Made by a program: the position numbers and the translations under genes. The notes under the pieces are model-generated. The model had not been told where the DNA came from. It did not search any database and saw nothing but the letters and a program-made list of their open reading frames with translations. From an uncultured bacterium (GTDB lineage: Bacteria > Acidobacteriota > Aminicenantia > Aminicenantales > Saccharicenantaceae), in the NCBI GenBank assembly GCA_963827635.1, contig CAWHBV010000001.1:37737-101736 (forward strand): DNA of 64,000 bases. Direction: 5' to 3'. Of this stretch, positions 45,206 through 56,786 are shown in pieces (the stretch's first letter is position 1; each line of letters opens with the position of its first letter).

Positions 45206-45853
45206 ATGATCCAGGGATTGATCGCCAAAAAGATCGGCATGAGCCAGCAGTTCGACGACGCCGGCAACGTCGTCCCCGTCACCATCCTCAAGGCCGGGCC
45301 CTGCACGGTCGTCCAGAAGAAGACGGCCGAGAAGGACGGCTACGTCGCCGTCCAGCTGGGCTTCGTCGAGGAGCGGGCCGTCCGCAAGCCCACCAAGCCC
45401 CAGACCGGCCACTTCAAGAAGGCGGGCGTCCCCGTCGTCAAGAAGCTCCAGGAGTTCGGCTGTTCCGACCCCGCCGCCGTCAAGGAAGGCGACCAGGTCC
45501 TGGTCGACATCTTCGAGGTCGGGGAGACCGTCCACGCCGTCGGGACGAGCAAGGGCAAGGGCTTCGCCGGCGTCGTCAAGCGGCACCATTTCGCCGGCGG
45601 CGGCGCCGCCCACGGCTCCATGTTCCACCGGGCCCCGGGCTCGATCGGCGCCTCGTCCTACCCCTCGCGCGTCGTCAAGGGCATGCGCATGGGCGGCCAC
45701 ATGGGCTCCGAGCGGATCACGGTCCGCAAGCTCAAGGTCGTCGCCACGGACAAGGACAACAACCTCCTCATCGTCAAGGGCGCGGTGCCCGGCGCCAAGG
45801 GGGGCTACGTCCTGATCAAGAAAGGGTCGTTCGTTCCGCCGGCGGCGAAGTGA
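45206..45853 (+). CDS. rplC: 50S ribosomal protein L3
   Basis: '[28 protein letters not shown]'. An alternative GTG start lies at 45200. Confidence 0.92.
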   Translation: MIQGLIAKKIGMSQQFDDAGNVVPVTILKAGPCTVVQKKTAEKDGYVAVQLGFVEERAVRKPTKPQTGHFKKAGVPVVKKLQEFGCSDPAAVKEGDQVLVDIFEVGETVHAVGTSKGKGFAGVVKRHHFAGGGAAHGSMFHRAPGSIGASSYPSRVVKGMRMGGHMGSERITVRKLKVVATDKDNNLLIVKGAVPGAKGGYVLIKKGSFVPPAAK

Positions 45854-45870
45854 ACGGCAGAGAGGGCACC

Positions 45871-46491
45871 ATGGCTAAACTGGACATCATCGATAGGAGC
45901 GGCCAGCCGGCCGCCCAGGTCGACCTGCCGGAGAGCGTCTTCTCCCAGGCCGGCAAGGACCACCTGATCTACGAAGCCGTCCTCAGCTACCGGGCCAACC
46001 AGCGCCAGGGGACGGCGGCGACGAAGACCCGGGCCTTCGTCAGCGGCGGCGGCAAGAAGCCCTGGCGTCAGAAGGGCACCGGCCGGGCCCGCGTCGGCAG
46101 CACGCGCTCACCTCTCTGGAAGAAGGGCGGGACGGTCTTCGGACCCCACCCCCGCGACTATTCCTACGAGCTGCCGAAGAAGGCCCGCAAGAGCGCCCTC
46201 CGCTCCGCCCTGGCCGGCAAGCACGCCGCCCAGGAGCTCATCGTCGCGAGCGAGCTCGAGGTCAAGGAGCCCAAGACCAAGGAAGCCGCCGCGCTGATCA
46301 AGGCCTACAAGCTCGAATCGGCCCTCATCGTCGACCTGGCCGAGAACGTGAACCTGTTCAAGGCCGTCCGGAACCTGCCCCGGGTCAAGGCGGTCGACGT
46401 CACCGGGCTCAACATCTACGACGTCCTCGCCTACAAGTCGCTCGTCTTCAGCCGGCGGGCGTTCGAGGCCGTTCTGGAGAAACTGAAGTGA
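45871..46491 (+). CDS. rplD: 50S ribosomal protein L4
   Basis: 'MAKLDIIDRSGQ...' with an RBS upstream. An alternative GTG start lies at 45850. Confidence 0.9.
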   Translation: MAKLDIIDRSGQPAAQVDLPESVFSQAGKDHLIYEAVLSYRANQRQGTAATKTRAFVSGGGKKPWRQKGTGRARVGSTRSPLWKKGGTVFGPHPRDYSYELPKKARKSALRSALAGKHAAQELIVASELEVKEPKTKEAAALIKAYKLESALIVDLAENVNLFKAVRNLPRVKAVDVTGLNIYDVLAYKSLVFSRRAFEAVLEKLK

Positions 46492-46784
46492 TCAAAGACC
46501 CCCACAAAATCATCATCCGCCCGGTCATCACCGAGAAGACGACCCAGCTCAAGGCCACGAGCGGGGTCATCTGCTTCGAGGTGGCCCGGAGCGCCAACAA
46601 GATCGAGATCAAGAGGGCCGTCGAGGTCCTGTTCAAGACCAAGGTCGCCGAGGTCCGGACGCAGTCGAAGCCGGGCAAGGTCCGCCGGGTCGGCAAGAAC
46701 TCGGGCAAGACCAAGGACTGGAAGAAGGCCTTCGTCCGGCTCCGCGACGGCGAGAAACCGATCGAATACTTCGAGGCGGCGTAA
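46488..46784 (+). CDS. rplW: 50S ribosomal protein L23
   Basis: The GTG start overlaps the rplD stop. The sequence is a 98-aa L23-like protein. Confidence 0.88.
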   Translation: MIKDPHKIIIRPVITEKTTQLKATSGVICFEVARSANKIEIKRAVEVLFKTKVAEVRTQSKPGKVRRVGKNSGKTKDWKKAFVRLRDGEKPIEYFEAA

Positions 46785-46785
46785 C

Positions 46786-47614
46786 ATGGGCATCAAGACG
46801 TACAGACCGATCACGCCCGGCCTGCGGCACAGGACCGGCAACCGTTACGAGGAACTGAGCGGCGACGGCCCCTTCAAGCCCCTGCTGGTGTCCCTGTCCA
46901 AGTCGGGCGGGCGCGACAACCGCGGCCGGCTGTCCATGCGGAACCGGGGCGGCGGGCACAAGCAGCTCTACCGGGTCATCGACTTCAAGCGCGACAAGAT
47001 CGACATCCCGGGCAAGGTCGAGACCGTCGAGTACGACCCCAACCGCTCCTCCTTCATCTCCCTGGTCAAGTACCGGGACGGGGAGAGGCGCTACATCATC
47101 TACCCCGCGGGGCTCCAGGTCGGGCAGGAGGTCGTCTCGACCGACCGCCAGGCCGACATCCTGCCGGGCAACGCCATGCCCCTCCGCTTCATCCCGCTCG
47201 GCACGATCATCCACAACATCGAGCTGCGGAAGGACAAGGGCGGCCAGGTCGCCAAGTCGGCCGGGGCCGGGCGCCCAGATCCTGGCCAAGGAAGGGGACT
47301 ACGCCCAGGTCCGGCTGCCGTCGTCGGAGATCCGCAAGGTCCACCTCGACTGCCGGGCGACCATCGGCCAGATCGGCAACCTCGACCATTCCAACATCAG
47401 CTTCGGCAAGGCCGGCCGGTCCCGCTGGCTGGGGATCCGGCCCCACGTCCGCGGCACGGCCATGAACCCCATCGACCATCCGCACGGCGGCGGCGAGGGC
47501 AAGGCCAAGGGCGGCCGCCATCCGGTCAGCCCCGAAGGCATCCCGACCAAGGGCTACAAGACCCGCCAGAACAAGCGGACCCAGTCCTTCATCGTCCGGC
47601 GCAGGAGCAAGTAA
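46786..47614 (+). CDS. rplB: 50S ribosomal protein L2, with a 1-nt insertion frameshift near 47270 (G run)
   Basis: The N-terminus is '[15 protein letters not shown]...'. The C-terminus, in the other frame, is '...[36 protein letters not shown]...[18 protein letters not shown]...'. Confidence 0.92.
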
Positions 47615-47616
47615 CC

Positions 47617-47913
47617 ATGAGCAGATCACTGAAGAAGGGCCCGTTCATCGACGGCCATCTTCTGGAGAAGGTCCAGGTCCTGGCGACGCCCGCCGGCAAG
47701 CGCCAGGTCATCAAGACCTGGTCCCGCCGGTCGACGGTCATCCCCGAAATGGTCGGCATGACCATCGGCGTCCACAACGGGCGCAAGTTCATCCCGGTCT
47801 TCGTCACCGAGAACATGGTCGGGCACAAGCTCGGGGAATTCTCCCCGACCCGCCATTTCAAGGGGCACACGACCAAGACGGCCAAGATGCTGAAGGTGGA
47901 GAAGAAGCCATGA
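47617..47913 (+). CDS. rpsS: 30S ribosomal protein S19
   Basis: '[19 protein letters not shown]...[16 protein letters not shown]'. Confidence 0.95.
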   Translation: MSRSLKKGPFIDGHLLEKVQVLATPAGKRQVIKTWSRRSTVIPEMVGMTIGVHNGRKFIPVFVTENMVGHKLGEFSPTRHFKGHTTKTAKMLKVEKKP

Positions 47914-48272
47914 CCGCCGCCCCGACCCATCTGTCCCACGCCGTCGCCCGCTACATCCGGATGAGCCCGCAGAAGAGCCGGCTCGTGGCCGACCTCATCC
48001 GCGACCGGCTCGCCGGCGAAGCCCTGACCATCCTGCGGTTCAGCGAGCGCAAGAAGATCAGCGCCGTCATCGAGAAGGTCCTGCGCTCGGCCATCGCCAA
48101 CGCCCAGCAGGCGTCGCCCAACGTCGACGTCGACACCCTGGTCATCTCGCGGATCCAGATCAACGGCGGCCCGGTCGCCAAGCGGATCCGGCCGGCGCCC
48201 ATGGGGCGGGCTTACCGCGTCCAGAAGCGGACGAGCCACGTCCACATCTATCTGAGCGAAAAGGGGAAGTGA
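47910..48272 (+). CDS. rplV: 50S ribosomal protein L22
   Basis: A 120-aa L22-like sequence that overlaps the rpsS stop. Confidence 0.9.
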   Translation: MTAAPTHLSHAVARYIRMSPQKSRLVADLIRDRLAGEALTILRFSERKKISAVIEKVLRSAIANAQQASPNVDVDTLVISRIQINGGPVAKRIRPAPMGRAYRVQKRTSHVHIYLSEKGK

Positions 48273-48273
48273 C

Positions 48274-48942
48274 GTGGGACAGAAAACGCATCCTTACGGA
48301 TTCCGCCTCGGATTCAACAAGCCCTGGACCTCCCGCTGGTTCGCCAAGGGCCCCGACTACGCCCGGCTCATCCACGAAGACCTGAAGATGAAGAAGGCCG
48401 TCAAGGAGAAGTACTTCCACGCCGGCATCGCCGGGGTGGACGTCGAGCGCGTCGGGCCGAAGATCCGGGTCATCATCCACACGGCCCGCCCGGGCATCAT
48501 CATCGGCCGCGGCGGCAAGGAGATCGAGAGCCTCAAGACCTACCTCGAGACGATCGCCAAGCGCGACGTCTACGTCGACATCCGCGAGGTCGACAAGCCC
48601 GAGCTCAACGCCCTGCTCATCGGCGAGAGCATCGCCGTCCAGCTGGAGAAGCGCATCGCCTACCGCCGGGCCATGCGCAAGGCCGTCGAGTTCGCCCTCA
48701 AGATGGGCGCCAAGGGCATCAAGGTCATGTGCGCCGGCCGCCTCGGCGGCGTCGAGATCGCCCGCTCCGAGTGGTACCTCAAGGGCCAGCTGCCCCTGCA
48801 GACCCTCAAGGCCGACATCGACTTCGCCTTCACCGAGGCCTTCACGACCTACGGGCAGATCGGCATCAAGGTCTGGGTCTACCGGGGCGACGTCGAGAAG
48901 GCCAAAATGACCTCCCAGATGGCCGAGGTCGAGGAGATCTGA
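48274..48942 (+). CDS. rpsC: 30S ribosomal protein S3
   Basis: GTG start. The sequence begins '[23 protein letters not shown]', and the KH domain is '[10 protein letters not shown]'. Confidence 0.95.
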   Translation: MGQKTHPYGFRLGFNKPWTSRWFAKGPDYARLIHEDLKMKKAVKEKYFHAGIAGVDVERVGPKIRVIIHTARPGIIIGRGGKEIESLKTYLETIAKRDVYVDIREVDKPELNALLIGESIAVQLEKRIAYRRAMRKAVEFALKMGAKGIKVMCAGRLGGVEIARSEWYLKGQLPLQTLKADIDFAFTEAFTTYGQIGIKVWVYRGDVEKAKMTSQMAEVEEI

Positions 48943-48944
48943 CC

Positions 48945-49367
48945 ATGTTGATGCCCTCGAAAGTCAAATACCGCAAGCAGCAGCGCGGCCGCATGCGCGG
49001 CAAGGCCCTGCGCGGCGGCACGCTGTCGTTCGGCGAGTTCGGCCTCCAGGCCCTGGAGCCGGGGTGGCTGACCTCCCGCCAGATCGAAGCGAGCCGCATC
49101 ACCATCACCCGGCACATGAAGCGCAAGGGCAAGCTCTGGATCCGGACCTTCCCCTGGAAGTCCGTCACCAAGAAGCCGACCGAGGTCCGCATGGGCAAGG
49201 GCAAGGGCGACCCCGAATTCTGGGTCGACGTCATCCGCCCGGGCAAGATCCTGTTCGAGCTCGAGGGCATCGACGCCGCAGAGGCCCGCGAGGCCATGCG
49301 CCTGGCCTCCCACAAGCTGCCCGTCAAGACGCGGTTCATCTCCCGGGAACTGAGGGAGCTCAGATGA
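48945..49367 (+). CDS. rplP: 50S ribosomal protein L16
   Basis: '[21 protein letters not shown]...[10 protein letters not shown]'. Confidence 0.93.
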   Translation: MLMPSKVKYRKQQRGRMRGKALRGGTLSFGEFGLQALEPGWLTSRQIEASRITITRHMKRKGKLWIRTFPWKSVTKKPTEVRMGKGKGDPEFWVDVIRPGKILFELEGIDAAEAREAMRLASHKLPVKTRFISRELRELR

Positions 49368-49561
49368 AGATCAAGGAATTGAAGGAAATGTCGCCCGACG
49401 AGCTGAGGCACAGGGAGGCGGAGCTCGTCGACCAGCTGTTCAAGCTCCGCTTCCAGAAGTCCCTCGGCCAGCTCGAGAGCCCGATGAAGGTCAAGAACGT
49501 CAAGAGGGACATCGCCCGCATCAAGACGCTGCTCGCCGCGGCGCCGAAGGCAACGGAGTAG
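49364..49561 (+). CDS. rpmC: 50S ribosomal protein L29
   Basis: A 65-aa '[38 protein letters not shown]...'. Confidence 0.9.
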   Translation: MKIKELKEMSPDELRHREAELVDQLFKLRFQKSLGQLESPMKVKNVKRDIARIKTLLAAAPKATE

Positions 49562-49564
49562 CCC

Positions 49565-49955
49565 ATGGACACCCAAGGACAAGCACGGAAGACGACCAAG
49601 GTCGGGACCGTCGTCGCCAAGAAGATGGCCAAGACGGTCACGGTCGCCGTGGAACGCCAGGTCCGCCACCCCCTGTACCGGAAGATCGTCCGGCGGAAGC
49701 AGACGTTCCTCGTCCACGACGAGACCGAGAAGTGCAAGGTCGGCGACGTCGTCCGCATCATCGAGACGCGGCCGATCAGCAAGACCAAGCGCTGGCGGGT
49801 CCTCGAGATCATCGGCCTGACGCCCGAGCTGACGGCGACGCCGATCGAGAACAACCCGCTGGAGGCCAAGCCGGCCGCGGCGGCGCCGGTCGAGCCGGTC
49901 GAGGCCGGCCGAACAGGTCGAGCCGGCCGAGCCCGGGACGGGAGAAGAACAATGA
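49565..49955 (+). CDS. rpsQ: 30S ribosomal protein S17 with a Pro/Ala/Glu-rich C-terminal extension, and a 1-nt insertion near 49897
   Basis: The S17 core is '[31 protein letters not shown]...[21 protein letters not shown]'. A tail follows: '[31 protein letters not shown]...'. In the +1 frame it continues to a TGA that overlaps the rplN ATG. Confidence 0.85.
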
Positions 49956-50320
49956 TCCAGATGCGCACGATGCTCAAGGTGGCCGACAACTCCGGCGCGC
50001 GGCGGATCATGGCGATCACGCCGCTCGGCGGCAGCGTCGGCCGGGTGGCCCGCATCGGGGACGTCATCTCCGCGTCCGTCAAGGAGGCCGACCCCGAGAG
50101 CAAGATCGCCAAGGGCAAGGTCATCCGGGCCGTCGTCGTCCGGACCCGCAAGGAGCTCCGCCGCCGGGACGGCTCCTACATCCGGTTCGAGGACAACGCC
50201 GCGGTCATCATCGACAAGGCGGGGGAGCCGGTGGGGACGCGCGTCTTCGGCCCCGTCGGGCGCGAGCTCCGGGAACGGAAGTTCATGAAGATCATCTCCC
50301 TCGCGCCGGAGGTCCTGTGA
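49952..50320 (+). CDS. rplN: 50S ribosomal protein L14
   Basis: '[28 protein letters not shown]...'. Confidence 0.95.
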   Translation: MIQMRTMLKVADNSGARRIMAITPLGGSVGRVARIGDVISASVKEADPESKIAKGKVIRAVVVRTRKELRRRDGSYIRFEDNAAVIIDKAGEPVGTRVFGPVGRELRERKFMKIISLAPEVL

Positions 50321-50652
50321 TGGCCAAGATCCAGCTCAAGAAGAACGACCTCGTCGTCGTCATCCGGGGCAAGGACAAGGGGAAGACGGGCAAGGTCCTC
50401 AAGCTCATCCCCGAGACCAACCGGGTCATCGTCGAGAGGATCAATTTCTCGAAGCACTTCGTCAAGGCCGACCGCAGCCGGAACACCCAGGGCGGGGTCA
50501 TGGAGAAGGAGGCCCCGATCGCCGTGTCCAACGTCATGCTCTACTGCTCGGAGTGCGGCCAGGGCGTCCGGACCCGGACCCGGCGGCTCGAGGACGGCAG
50601 CAAGATCCGGCTCTGCCATCGCTGCGAGACCCTGATCGAAAGGCAGAAGTAA
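50320..50652 (+). CDS. rplX: 50S ribosomal protein L24. The C-terminal part carries CxxC...CxxC.
   Basis: The KOW core is '[22 protein letters not shown]'. The C-terminus is '[36 protein letters not shown]'. Confidence 0.9.
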   Translation: MAKIQLKKNDLVVVIRGKDKGKTGKVLKLIPETNRVIVERINFSKHFVKADRSRNTQGGVMEKEAPIAVSNVMLYCSECGQGVRTRTRRLEDGSKIRLCHRCETLIERQK

Positions 50653-50654
50653 CG

Positions 50655-51209
50655 ATGAGCCGCTTATACGACAAGTACAAGAAGGACGTGGTCCCCGGGC
50701 TCCAAGAGGAGCTCGGCATCACGAATATCATGGCCGTGCCCCGCCTGGAGAAGATCATCGTCAACGTCGGCGTCGGCGATGCCATCACCAACATCAAGCT
50801 CCTCGACACGGCCAAGGCCGAGCTCGCCCAGATCACCGGCCAGCTGCCGGGCGTCGGGCGGGCCAAGAAATCCATCTCGGCCTTCAAGCTGAGGAAGGGC
50901 CAGCCCATCGCCTGCTACGTCACCCTCCGCAACCGGAGGATGTACGAGTTCTTCGACCGGCTGGTCAACATCGTCCTGCCGCGGGTCCGCGACTTCCGCG
51001 GCGTCCCGGCCACGTCGTTCGACGGCCGGGGCAACTACACCCTGGGGATGCGCGACCAGCTGGTCTTCCCCGAGATCGACTACACCAAGGTCGAGCGGCC
51101 CCGGGGCATGAACATCACCATCGTCACGACGGCGCGGACGGACAAGGAAGCCCTGGTCCTCCTGCGACGGCTGGGCATGCCCTTCCGGGAATCTGGAGAA
51201 GCGAGGTAA
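50655..51209 (+). CDS. rplE: 50S ribosomal protein L5
   Basis: '[37 protein letters not shown]'. Confidence 0.93.
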   Translation: MSRLYDKYKKDVVPGLQEELGITNIMAVPRLEKIIVNVGVGDAITNIKLLDTAKAELAQITGQLPGVGRAKKSISAFKLRKGQPIACYVTLRNRRMYEFFDRLVNIVLPRVRDFRGVPATSFDGRGNYTLGMRDQLVFPEIDYTKVERPRGMNITIVTTARTDKEALVLLRRLGMPFRESGEAR

Positions 51210-51211
51210 CC

Positions 51212-51397
51212 ATGGCTACGACTGCGCGCATGGCCAAAATGATCCGCAAGCCGAAATACGAGATCCGCGTCCGCCGCCGCTGCCGGCTCTGCGGCCGCTC
51301 CCGGGCCTACTACCGGAAGTTCGACCTGTGCCGCCTGTGCTTCCGCGAGCTGGCCCTCAAGGGCGAGATCCCGGGCGTGACCAAGTCGTCCTGGTGA
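51212..51397 (+). CDS. rpsN: 30S ribosomal protein S14 type Z (zinc-binding)
   Basis: A 61-aa protein with '[23 protein letters not shown]'. Confidence 0.92.
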   Translation: MATTARMAKMIRKPKYEIRVRRRCRLCGRSRAYYRKFDLCRLCFRELALKGEIPGVTKSSW

Positions 51398-51417
51398 CGG
51401 CGGAGAAAGGAATACCC

Positions 51418-51807
51418 ATGGATGCGATGTCAGATCTGCTCACCCGGATCCGCAACGGCGTGAAGTCCAAGAAGCGGGAAGTCAACATCCCGTCCTTCCG
51501 CCTGGGGGTCGAGGTCGTCAAGATCCTCAAGGAAGAGGGCTACATCAAGAATTTCAAGGTCATGGACGACAGCAAGCAGGGGGTCCTCAACGTGACCCTC
51601 AAGTACACCGAGGACAACCGGAGCGTCATCAGCGGCCTCAAGCGCGTCAGCAAGCCGGGCTGCCGGATCTACTGCACCAAGGACTCCGTCCCCAAGGTCC
51701 TGGACGGCCTGGGTCTGGTGATCGTCTCGACCTCCCGCGGCGTCCTGACCGGCCGGGCCTGCGAGGAGCAGGGGGCCGGCGGCGAAGTCCTCTGCAGCAT
51801 CTGGTAA
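51418..51807 (+). CDS. rpsH: 30S ribosomal protein S8
   Basis: '[14 protein letters not shown]...'. Confidence 0.93.
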   Translation: MDAMSDLLTRIRNGVKSKKREVNIPSFRLGVEVVKILKEEGYIKNFKVMDDSKQGVLNVTLKYTEDNRSVISGLKRVSKPGCRIYCTKDSVPKVLDGLGLVIVSTSRGVLTGRACEEQGAGGEVLCSIW

Positions 51808-51825
51808 GCGCGAGGAGAGCAACCC

Positions 51826-52371
51826 ATGTCAAGAGTCGGCAAGAAGCCCATCACGATACCGGCGGGCGTGACCGTCACGATCCACCCGGACAGGCTCGAC
51901 TTCGAGGGGAAGAAGGGCAAGCTCACGACGCCGCTCCAGCCCGGCATCACGGCCGCGCTGGAGGGGCAGAGCCTCGTCTTCTCCCGGGCCGACGAGAGCC
52001 AGCAGTCCCGGGCCAACCACGGCCTGGGCCGGGCCCTGGCCCGCAACGCCGTCGCCGGGGTCTCCGAAGGCTACGTCAAGCAGATGGAGATCGTCGGCGT
52101 CGGCTACAAGGCCAAGGTCGAGAAGGGCAAGCTCGAGATCAACCTGGGCTATTCCCGGCCGATCTCCTACGACATCCCCGAGGGGATCGAGATCGTCGCC
52201 GAGAAGCCCACCCTGCTCACCATCCGCGGCATCGACCGCCAGAAGGTGGGCCAGGTGGCCGACGACATCAAGAGCCTCCGCATCCCGGACCCCTACAAGC
52301 AGAAGGGCGTCCGCTACCTCGGCGAGAGGCTGATCAAGAAAGAACGAAAGGCGGGTGTGACCGGTGCTTAA
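51826..52371 (+). CDS. rplF: 50S ribosomal protein L6
   Basis: 'MSRVGKKPITIPAGVTV...'. Confidence 0.93.
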   Translation: MSRVGKKPITIPAGVTVTIHPDRLDFEGKKGKLTTPLQPGITAALEGQSLVFSRADESQQSRANHGLGRALARNAVAGVSEGYVKQMEIVGVGYKAKVEKGKLEINLGYSRPISYDIPEGIEIVAEKPTLLTIRGIDRQKVGQVADDIKSLRIPDPYKQKGVRYLGERLIKKERKAGVTGA

Positions 52372-52738
52372 AGACAAGACGAAGGAAAAACAGGTCCGGG
52401 ACGACCGTCTCCGGAAGCGGATCCGCGAGAGGGTCGAGGGAACGCCCGAGCGGCCCCGGCTCCACGTGTTCAAGAGCAACGCCTACATCTACACCCAGGT
52501 GATCGACGACCGGGCGGGCGCCGTCCTCCTGACCGCCTCGACGCTGGAGAAGGAGTTCCGGGCGAAGGCCAAGAGCACCAAGAACAAGGACGCCTGCGTC
52601 CTCCTCGGCGAGATGCTGGGGCAGCGGCTCAAGGCGGCCAAGATCGAGAAGGTCGTCTTCGACCGGGGGACCCACCCCTACCACGGACGCGTCAAGACCC
52701 TCGCGGACGCCATCCGCAAGGAAGGGATCCAGTTCTGA
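52364..52738 (+). CDS. rplR: 50S ribosomal protein L18
   Basis: GTG start. An L18-like 124-aa protein with '...GTHPYHGRVKTLADAIRKEG'. Confidence 0.9.
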   Translation: MLKDKTKEKQVRDDRLRKRIRERVEGTPERPRLHVFKSNAYIYTQVIDDRAGAVLLTASTLEKEFRAKAKSTKNKDACVLLGEMLGQRLKAAKIEKVVFDRGTHPYHGRVKTLADAIRKEGIQF

Positions 52739-52766
52739 GCGGCCGGCCGGACTAAGGAGAGATACA

Positions 52767-53288
52767 GTGGATGATCGCAGACACAGCCGAAAAGTCGGAA
52801 TCGTTGACGAAGAGGGCATGGAGCTCAAGGACCAGGTCATCTCCATCCGCCGGGTCACCAAGGTCGTCAAGGGCGGCAAGAACCTGAGCTTCTCGGCTCT
52901 CGTGGCCGTCGGCGACGAGCGGGGCCGGGTCGGCATCGGCAAGGGCAAGGCCCGCGAAGTGCCCCAGGCCATCGCCAAGGGCGTCGAAGCGGCCCGGAAG
53001 AGCATGATCCGGGTGCCCCTGGCCGATACGACCATCCCTCACCTGGTCAAGGGCGTCGACGGGGCCGGCCTCGTCGTCCTCCGCCCGGCCTCGAAGGGGA
53101 CGGGCGTCATCGCCGGCGGCGCCGTCCGCGTCATCATGCAGCTCGCCGGGATCCGGGACATCCTGACCAAGTCCATCCGCAGCAGCAACCCGATCAGCGT
53201 CGCCAACGCGACCCTGGACGCCCTGCGCCGGATCCGGAACCCCGAGGACGTGGCCAAGATGCGCGGAAAGGCGAAAGGTGCGCTATGA
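52767..53288 (+). CDS. rpsE: 30S ribosomal protein S5
   Basis: GTG start with an 'aaggagag' RBS. '...VTKVVKGGKNLSFSALVAVGDERGRVGIGKGKAREVPQAI...'. Confidence 0.93.
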   Translation: MDDRRHSRKVGIVDEEGMELKDQVISIRRVTKVVKGGKNLSFSALVAVGDERGRVGIGKGKAREVPQAIAKGVEAARKSMIRVPLADTTIPHLVKGVDGAGLVVLRPASKGTGVIAGGAVRVIMQLAGIRDILTKSIRSSNPISVANATLDALRRIRNPEDVAKMRGKAKGAL

Positions 53289-53494
53289 CCCCCAGCGACA
53301 AGAAGGACAAATACATCAAGGTGACGCTCGTCCGCAGCCTCATCGGCTATCCCCCCGTCCAGAGGGAGACCGCCAAGGGGCTGGGACTGCGCAAGCTCAA
53401 TTCCCACGCGGTGCTCAAAGCGACGCCGGCGGTCCTCGGCATGGTCAACAGGATCGTCCACGCGCTCAAGGTCGAAACGGTGGAGAAGCCATGA
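53285..53494 (+). CDS. rpmD: 50S ribosomal protein L30
   Basis: A 69-aa '[27 protein letters not shown]'. Confidence 0.9.
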   Translation: MTPSDKKDKYIKVTLVRSLIGYPPVQRETAKGLGLRKLNSHAVLKATPAVLGMVNRIVHALKVETVEKP

Positions 53495-53943
53495 ACCTCA
53501 GCAATCTGAAACCCGCCAAGGGCTCGAGGACGAACCGTCAGAGGGTGGGGCGCGGCCCCGGCTCCGGCTGGGGCAAGACCGCCGGACGCGGCAGCAAGGG
53601 CCAGCTCCAGGGCAGCGGCTATTCCCGCAAGCGCGGCTTCGAGGGCGGCCAGATGCCCCTGATCCGGCGCACGCCCAAGCGCGGCTTCACCAACATCTTC
53701 CGCGACGAGATCGCCGTCGTCAACCTGGACCGCCTGGCCAAGCTCCGCAAGGACGAGATCGGGCCCAAGGAGATGGCCGAGCACCGCCTCATCGGCAAGG
53801 CGACCGACCGGGTCAAGGTCCTCGGGCGGGGCGACCTGGCCTCGGCCAAGACCGTCCGGGCCCACGAGTTCTCCGCCTCGGCCGTCAAGAAGATCGAGGC
53901 CAAGGGCGGCCAGGCCGTCGTCATCGGGAAAGGCCAATGTTAG
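53491..53943 (+). CDS. rplO: 50S ribosomal protein L15
   Basis: '[38 protein letters not shown]'. Confidence 0.93.
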   Translation: MNLSNLKPAKGSRTNRQRVGRGPGSGWGKTAGRGSKGQLQGSGYSRKRGFEGGQMPLIRRTPKRGFTNIFRDEIAVVNLDRLAKLRKDEIGPKEMAEHRLIGKATDRVKVLGRGDLASAKTVRAHEFSASAVKKIEAKGGQAVVIGKGQC

Positions 53944-55320
53944 ACAGCATCCGCAATATCTTCAGCATCCCCGAGCTGCGCAAGAGGGTCATCTTCACCC
54001 TCCTGCTCCTCGCGGTCTACCGGATCGGCGGCGTCATCCCCAACCCGGGCCTGAGCGCGACGGCCCTGGCCGAGTTCTGGCAGAGCCAGAAGGGCTCCCT
54101 GCTCGGCTTCATCGACCTGTTCTCCGGCCGGAACATGTCCCGGATGACCATCTTCGCCCTGGGCATCATGCCCTACATCTCGTCGTCGATCATCCTCCAG
54201 CTGCTGACGGTCGTCTGGCCCTATCTCGAGCGCCTGTCCAAGGAAGGCGAGCTGGGCCGCAAGAAGATCACCCAGTACACCCGCTACGGCACGATCGTCA
54301 TCTGCCTCATCCAGGCCTTCGGCATCGCCATCTTCCTCGAGGCCCTGCGGACCCCGGCCGGGGCCCCGGTCGTCCTCGATCCCGGGCTGGGGCTTCAAGC
54401 TCCTGACCATCCTGACCCTGACCACGGGGACCGTCTTCGTCATGTGGCTGGGCGAGCAGATCTCGGAGCGGGGCATCGGCAACGGCATCTCGCTCATCAT
54501 CTTCGCCGGCATCGTCGTCGACTTCCCGAGCTCCCTCATCAGCCTCTTCCGCGGCCTGCGGACGGGGGAGATGGACCCGCTGAAGATCATCTTCCTCGCG
54601 GCCCTGATGGTCGCGGTCATCGGCTTCATCGTCTTCGTCGAGCGCGGCCAGCGCCGCATCCCGGTCTCCTACGCCAAGCGCGTGGTCGGCCGCAAGGTCT
54701 ACGGCGGCCAGAGCACGCACCTGCCGCTCCGGGTCAACACGGGCGGCGTCATCCCGATCATCTTCGCCGCCTCGGTCATCACCATCCCGGCCACGCTGGC
54801 CAACCTGATCAAGGTGCCGTGGGTCCAGTCCGTGGCCGCCCAGTTCGGCATGGGCATGCCCCTCTACAACCTGGTCTACGTCGCGGCCATCATCTTCTTC
54901 ACCTACTTCTACATCTCGATCATCTTCAACCCGGTCGACGTCGCGGACAACCTGCGCAAGTACGGCGGCTTCATCCCGGGCATCCGGCCGGGCAAGAACA
55001 CCTCCGACTACATCGACGACGTCCTCAGCCGCATCACCCTGGCCGGCGCCATCTACCTCGCGGCCGTGGCCATCCTGCCCGAGTTCCTGATCACCGGCCT
55101 CAAGGTCCAGGGCCTGCCCTGGATCGGGCCCTGGCTCGAGACCAACCTGCCGCGCTTCCTGACCGAGGGGCTGGGCATCAACTTCATGTTCGGCGGCACG
55201 TCGCTCCTGATCGTCGTCGGCGTGGCCATGGACACGATGCAGCAGATCGAGGCCCAGCTGGTCATGCGCCACTACGACGGCTTCATGCGCCGCAGCCGCA
55301 TCCGCGGGAGGCGCGGATGA
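53937..55320 (+). CDS. secY: Preprotein translocase subunit SecY, with a 1-nt insertion frameshift near 54390 (G run)
   Basis: The N-terminus is '[35 protein letters not shown]'. The remainder is in the ORF 54442..55320 frame: '...[24 protein letters not shown]...'. Confidence 0.92.
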
Positions 55321-55983
55321 GGATCATCCTCCTGGGCGCGCCCGGAAGCGGGAAGGGGACCGTCGCCGAGGCCCTCCGCTCGGCCTGCGGCTACCCCAAG
55401 ATCTCCACGGGAGACCTGCTTCGCGAAGCCGTCCGGGAGAAGTCCGCCCTCGGCCTGGTCGCCGCGTCCCAGATGGGCAAGGGCGGCCTGGTCGACGACG
55501 CGACCGTGCTGGCCCTGCTCAACGAGCGCCTGGCCCGGGACGACTGCCGCGAAGGCTACGTCCTCGACGGCTATCCGCGCAACCTGGCCCAGGCCGAGTG
55601 CCTGGACACCATCGGGAATTCCGGCCCGGAGATCGTCTTCGACCTCCGGGTCTCCGACGACGTCGTCCTGGAGCGCCTGGCCAACCGGCGGACCTGCCCC
55701 CGGTGCGAGGCCATCTACCATCTCGTCAACAAGCCCCCGAAGGCGCCCGGCGTCTGCGACGTCTGCGGCACGGCCCTGGTGCAGAGGAACGACGACACGC
55801 CCGAGGTCATCCGGGAACGGCTCAAGACCCACGCCGCCAAGACCGAGCCCCTCGTCGCCCGGTACGCGGCCCGGGGCGCCGTCCACGCGATCGACGCGGA
55901 CAGAGCCGGCCGATATCGTCGTCCGCGAGGTCCGGCGGATCGTCGACGCCGTTCTCGGGCGTCCGGACGGGGCGGGGAAGTGA
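55317..55983 (+). CDS. adk: Adenylate kinase with a zinc-lid, with a frameshift near 55905
   Basis: The P-loop is '[15 protein letters not shown]'. The Zn lid is 'CPRCEAIYH...CDVCG'. The C-terminus '...[26 protein letters not shown]' is in the +1 frame. Confidence 0.9.
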
Positions 55984-55985
55984 CG

Positions 55986-56786
55986 ATGATCACCTTCAAG
56001 TCCGCGACCGAGCTCGAGGCCATGCGCCAGAGCGGCCGCATCGCCGCGGCGGTCCTCGGCGAGCTCGAGCCGCTCATCCGGCCGGGCATCCGGACGCGCG
56101 ACCTCGACCTCTACGCCGAGAAGCGGACCCGCGAGCTCGGGGCCGTGCCGGCCTTCAAGGGCTACCGGGGCTACCCGGCCTCGGTCTGCATCTCGGTCAA
56201 CGAAGAGGTCATCCACGGCATCCCCTCGGGCCGCATCCTCCAGGAGGGCGACATCGTCAGCCTCGATTTCGGCGTCCTCTTCGAGGGCTTCTACAGCGAC
56301 TCGGCCCTGACGGCCCCGGTCGGCCGGGCCGGCGCCGAGGCGCTGCGGCTCATCGCCGCGGCGGAGAGGTCCTTCGTCCGGGGCCTGGAGCAGATGAAGG
56401 AGGGCAACCGCCTGTCCGACATCTCCGCCGCCATCCAGGCATCGGTCGAGAGCGAGGGCTTCTCGGTCGTCCGGCAGTTCGTCGGACACGGCATCGGCCG
56501 GGCCCTCCACGAGGAGCCGCCGGTGCCCAACTTCGGAGCCCCCGGGCGCGGGCCGAAGATCAAGCCCGGGATGACCCTGGCCATCGAGCCGATGATCGCC
56601 GCCGGCGGCGCCGAGGTCGTGATCCTGGAGGACGGCTGGACGGCCGTCACCCGGGACCGCAGCCTGGCCGCCCATTTCGAGCACACGGTGGCCATGACCG
56701 AGAACGGCCCGGAGGTCCTCAGCGCCCGGACGCCGGACGCCGCCCGGGCGGGGACCGGGCTCGCCAAGGAGGTCCCCCATGCCTAG
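55986..56786 (+). CDS. map: Type I methionine aminopeptidase
   Basis: '...[19 protein letters not shown]...[14 protein letters not shown]...TLAIEPMI...AHFEHTV'. Confidence 0.92.
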   Translation: MITFKSATELEAMRQSGRIAAAVLGELEPLIRPGIRTRDLDLYAEKRTRELGAVPAFKGYRGYPASVCISVNEEVIHGIPSGRILQEGDIVSLDFGVLFEGFYSDSALTAPVGRAGAEALRLIAAAERSFVRGLEQMKEGNRLSDISAAIQASVESEGFSVVRQFVGHGIGRALHEEPPVPNFGAPGRGPKIKPGMTLAIEPMIAAGGAEVVILEDGWTAVTRDRSLAAHFEHTVAMTENGPEVLSARTPDAARAGTGLAKEVPHA

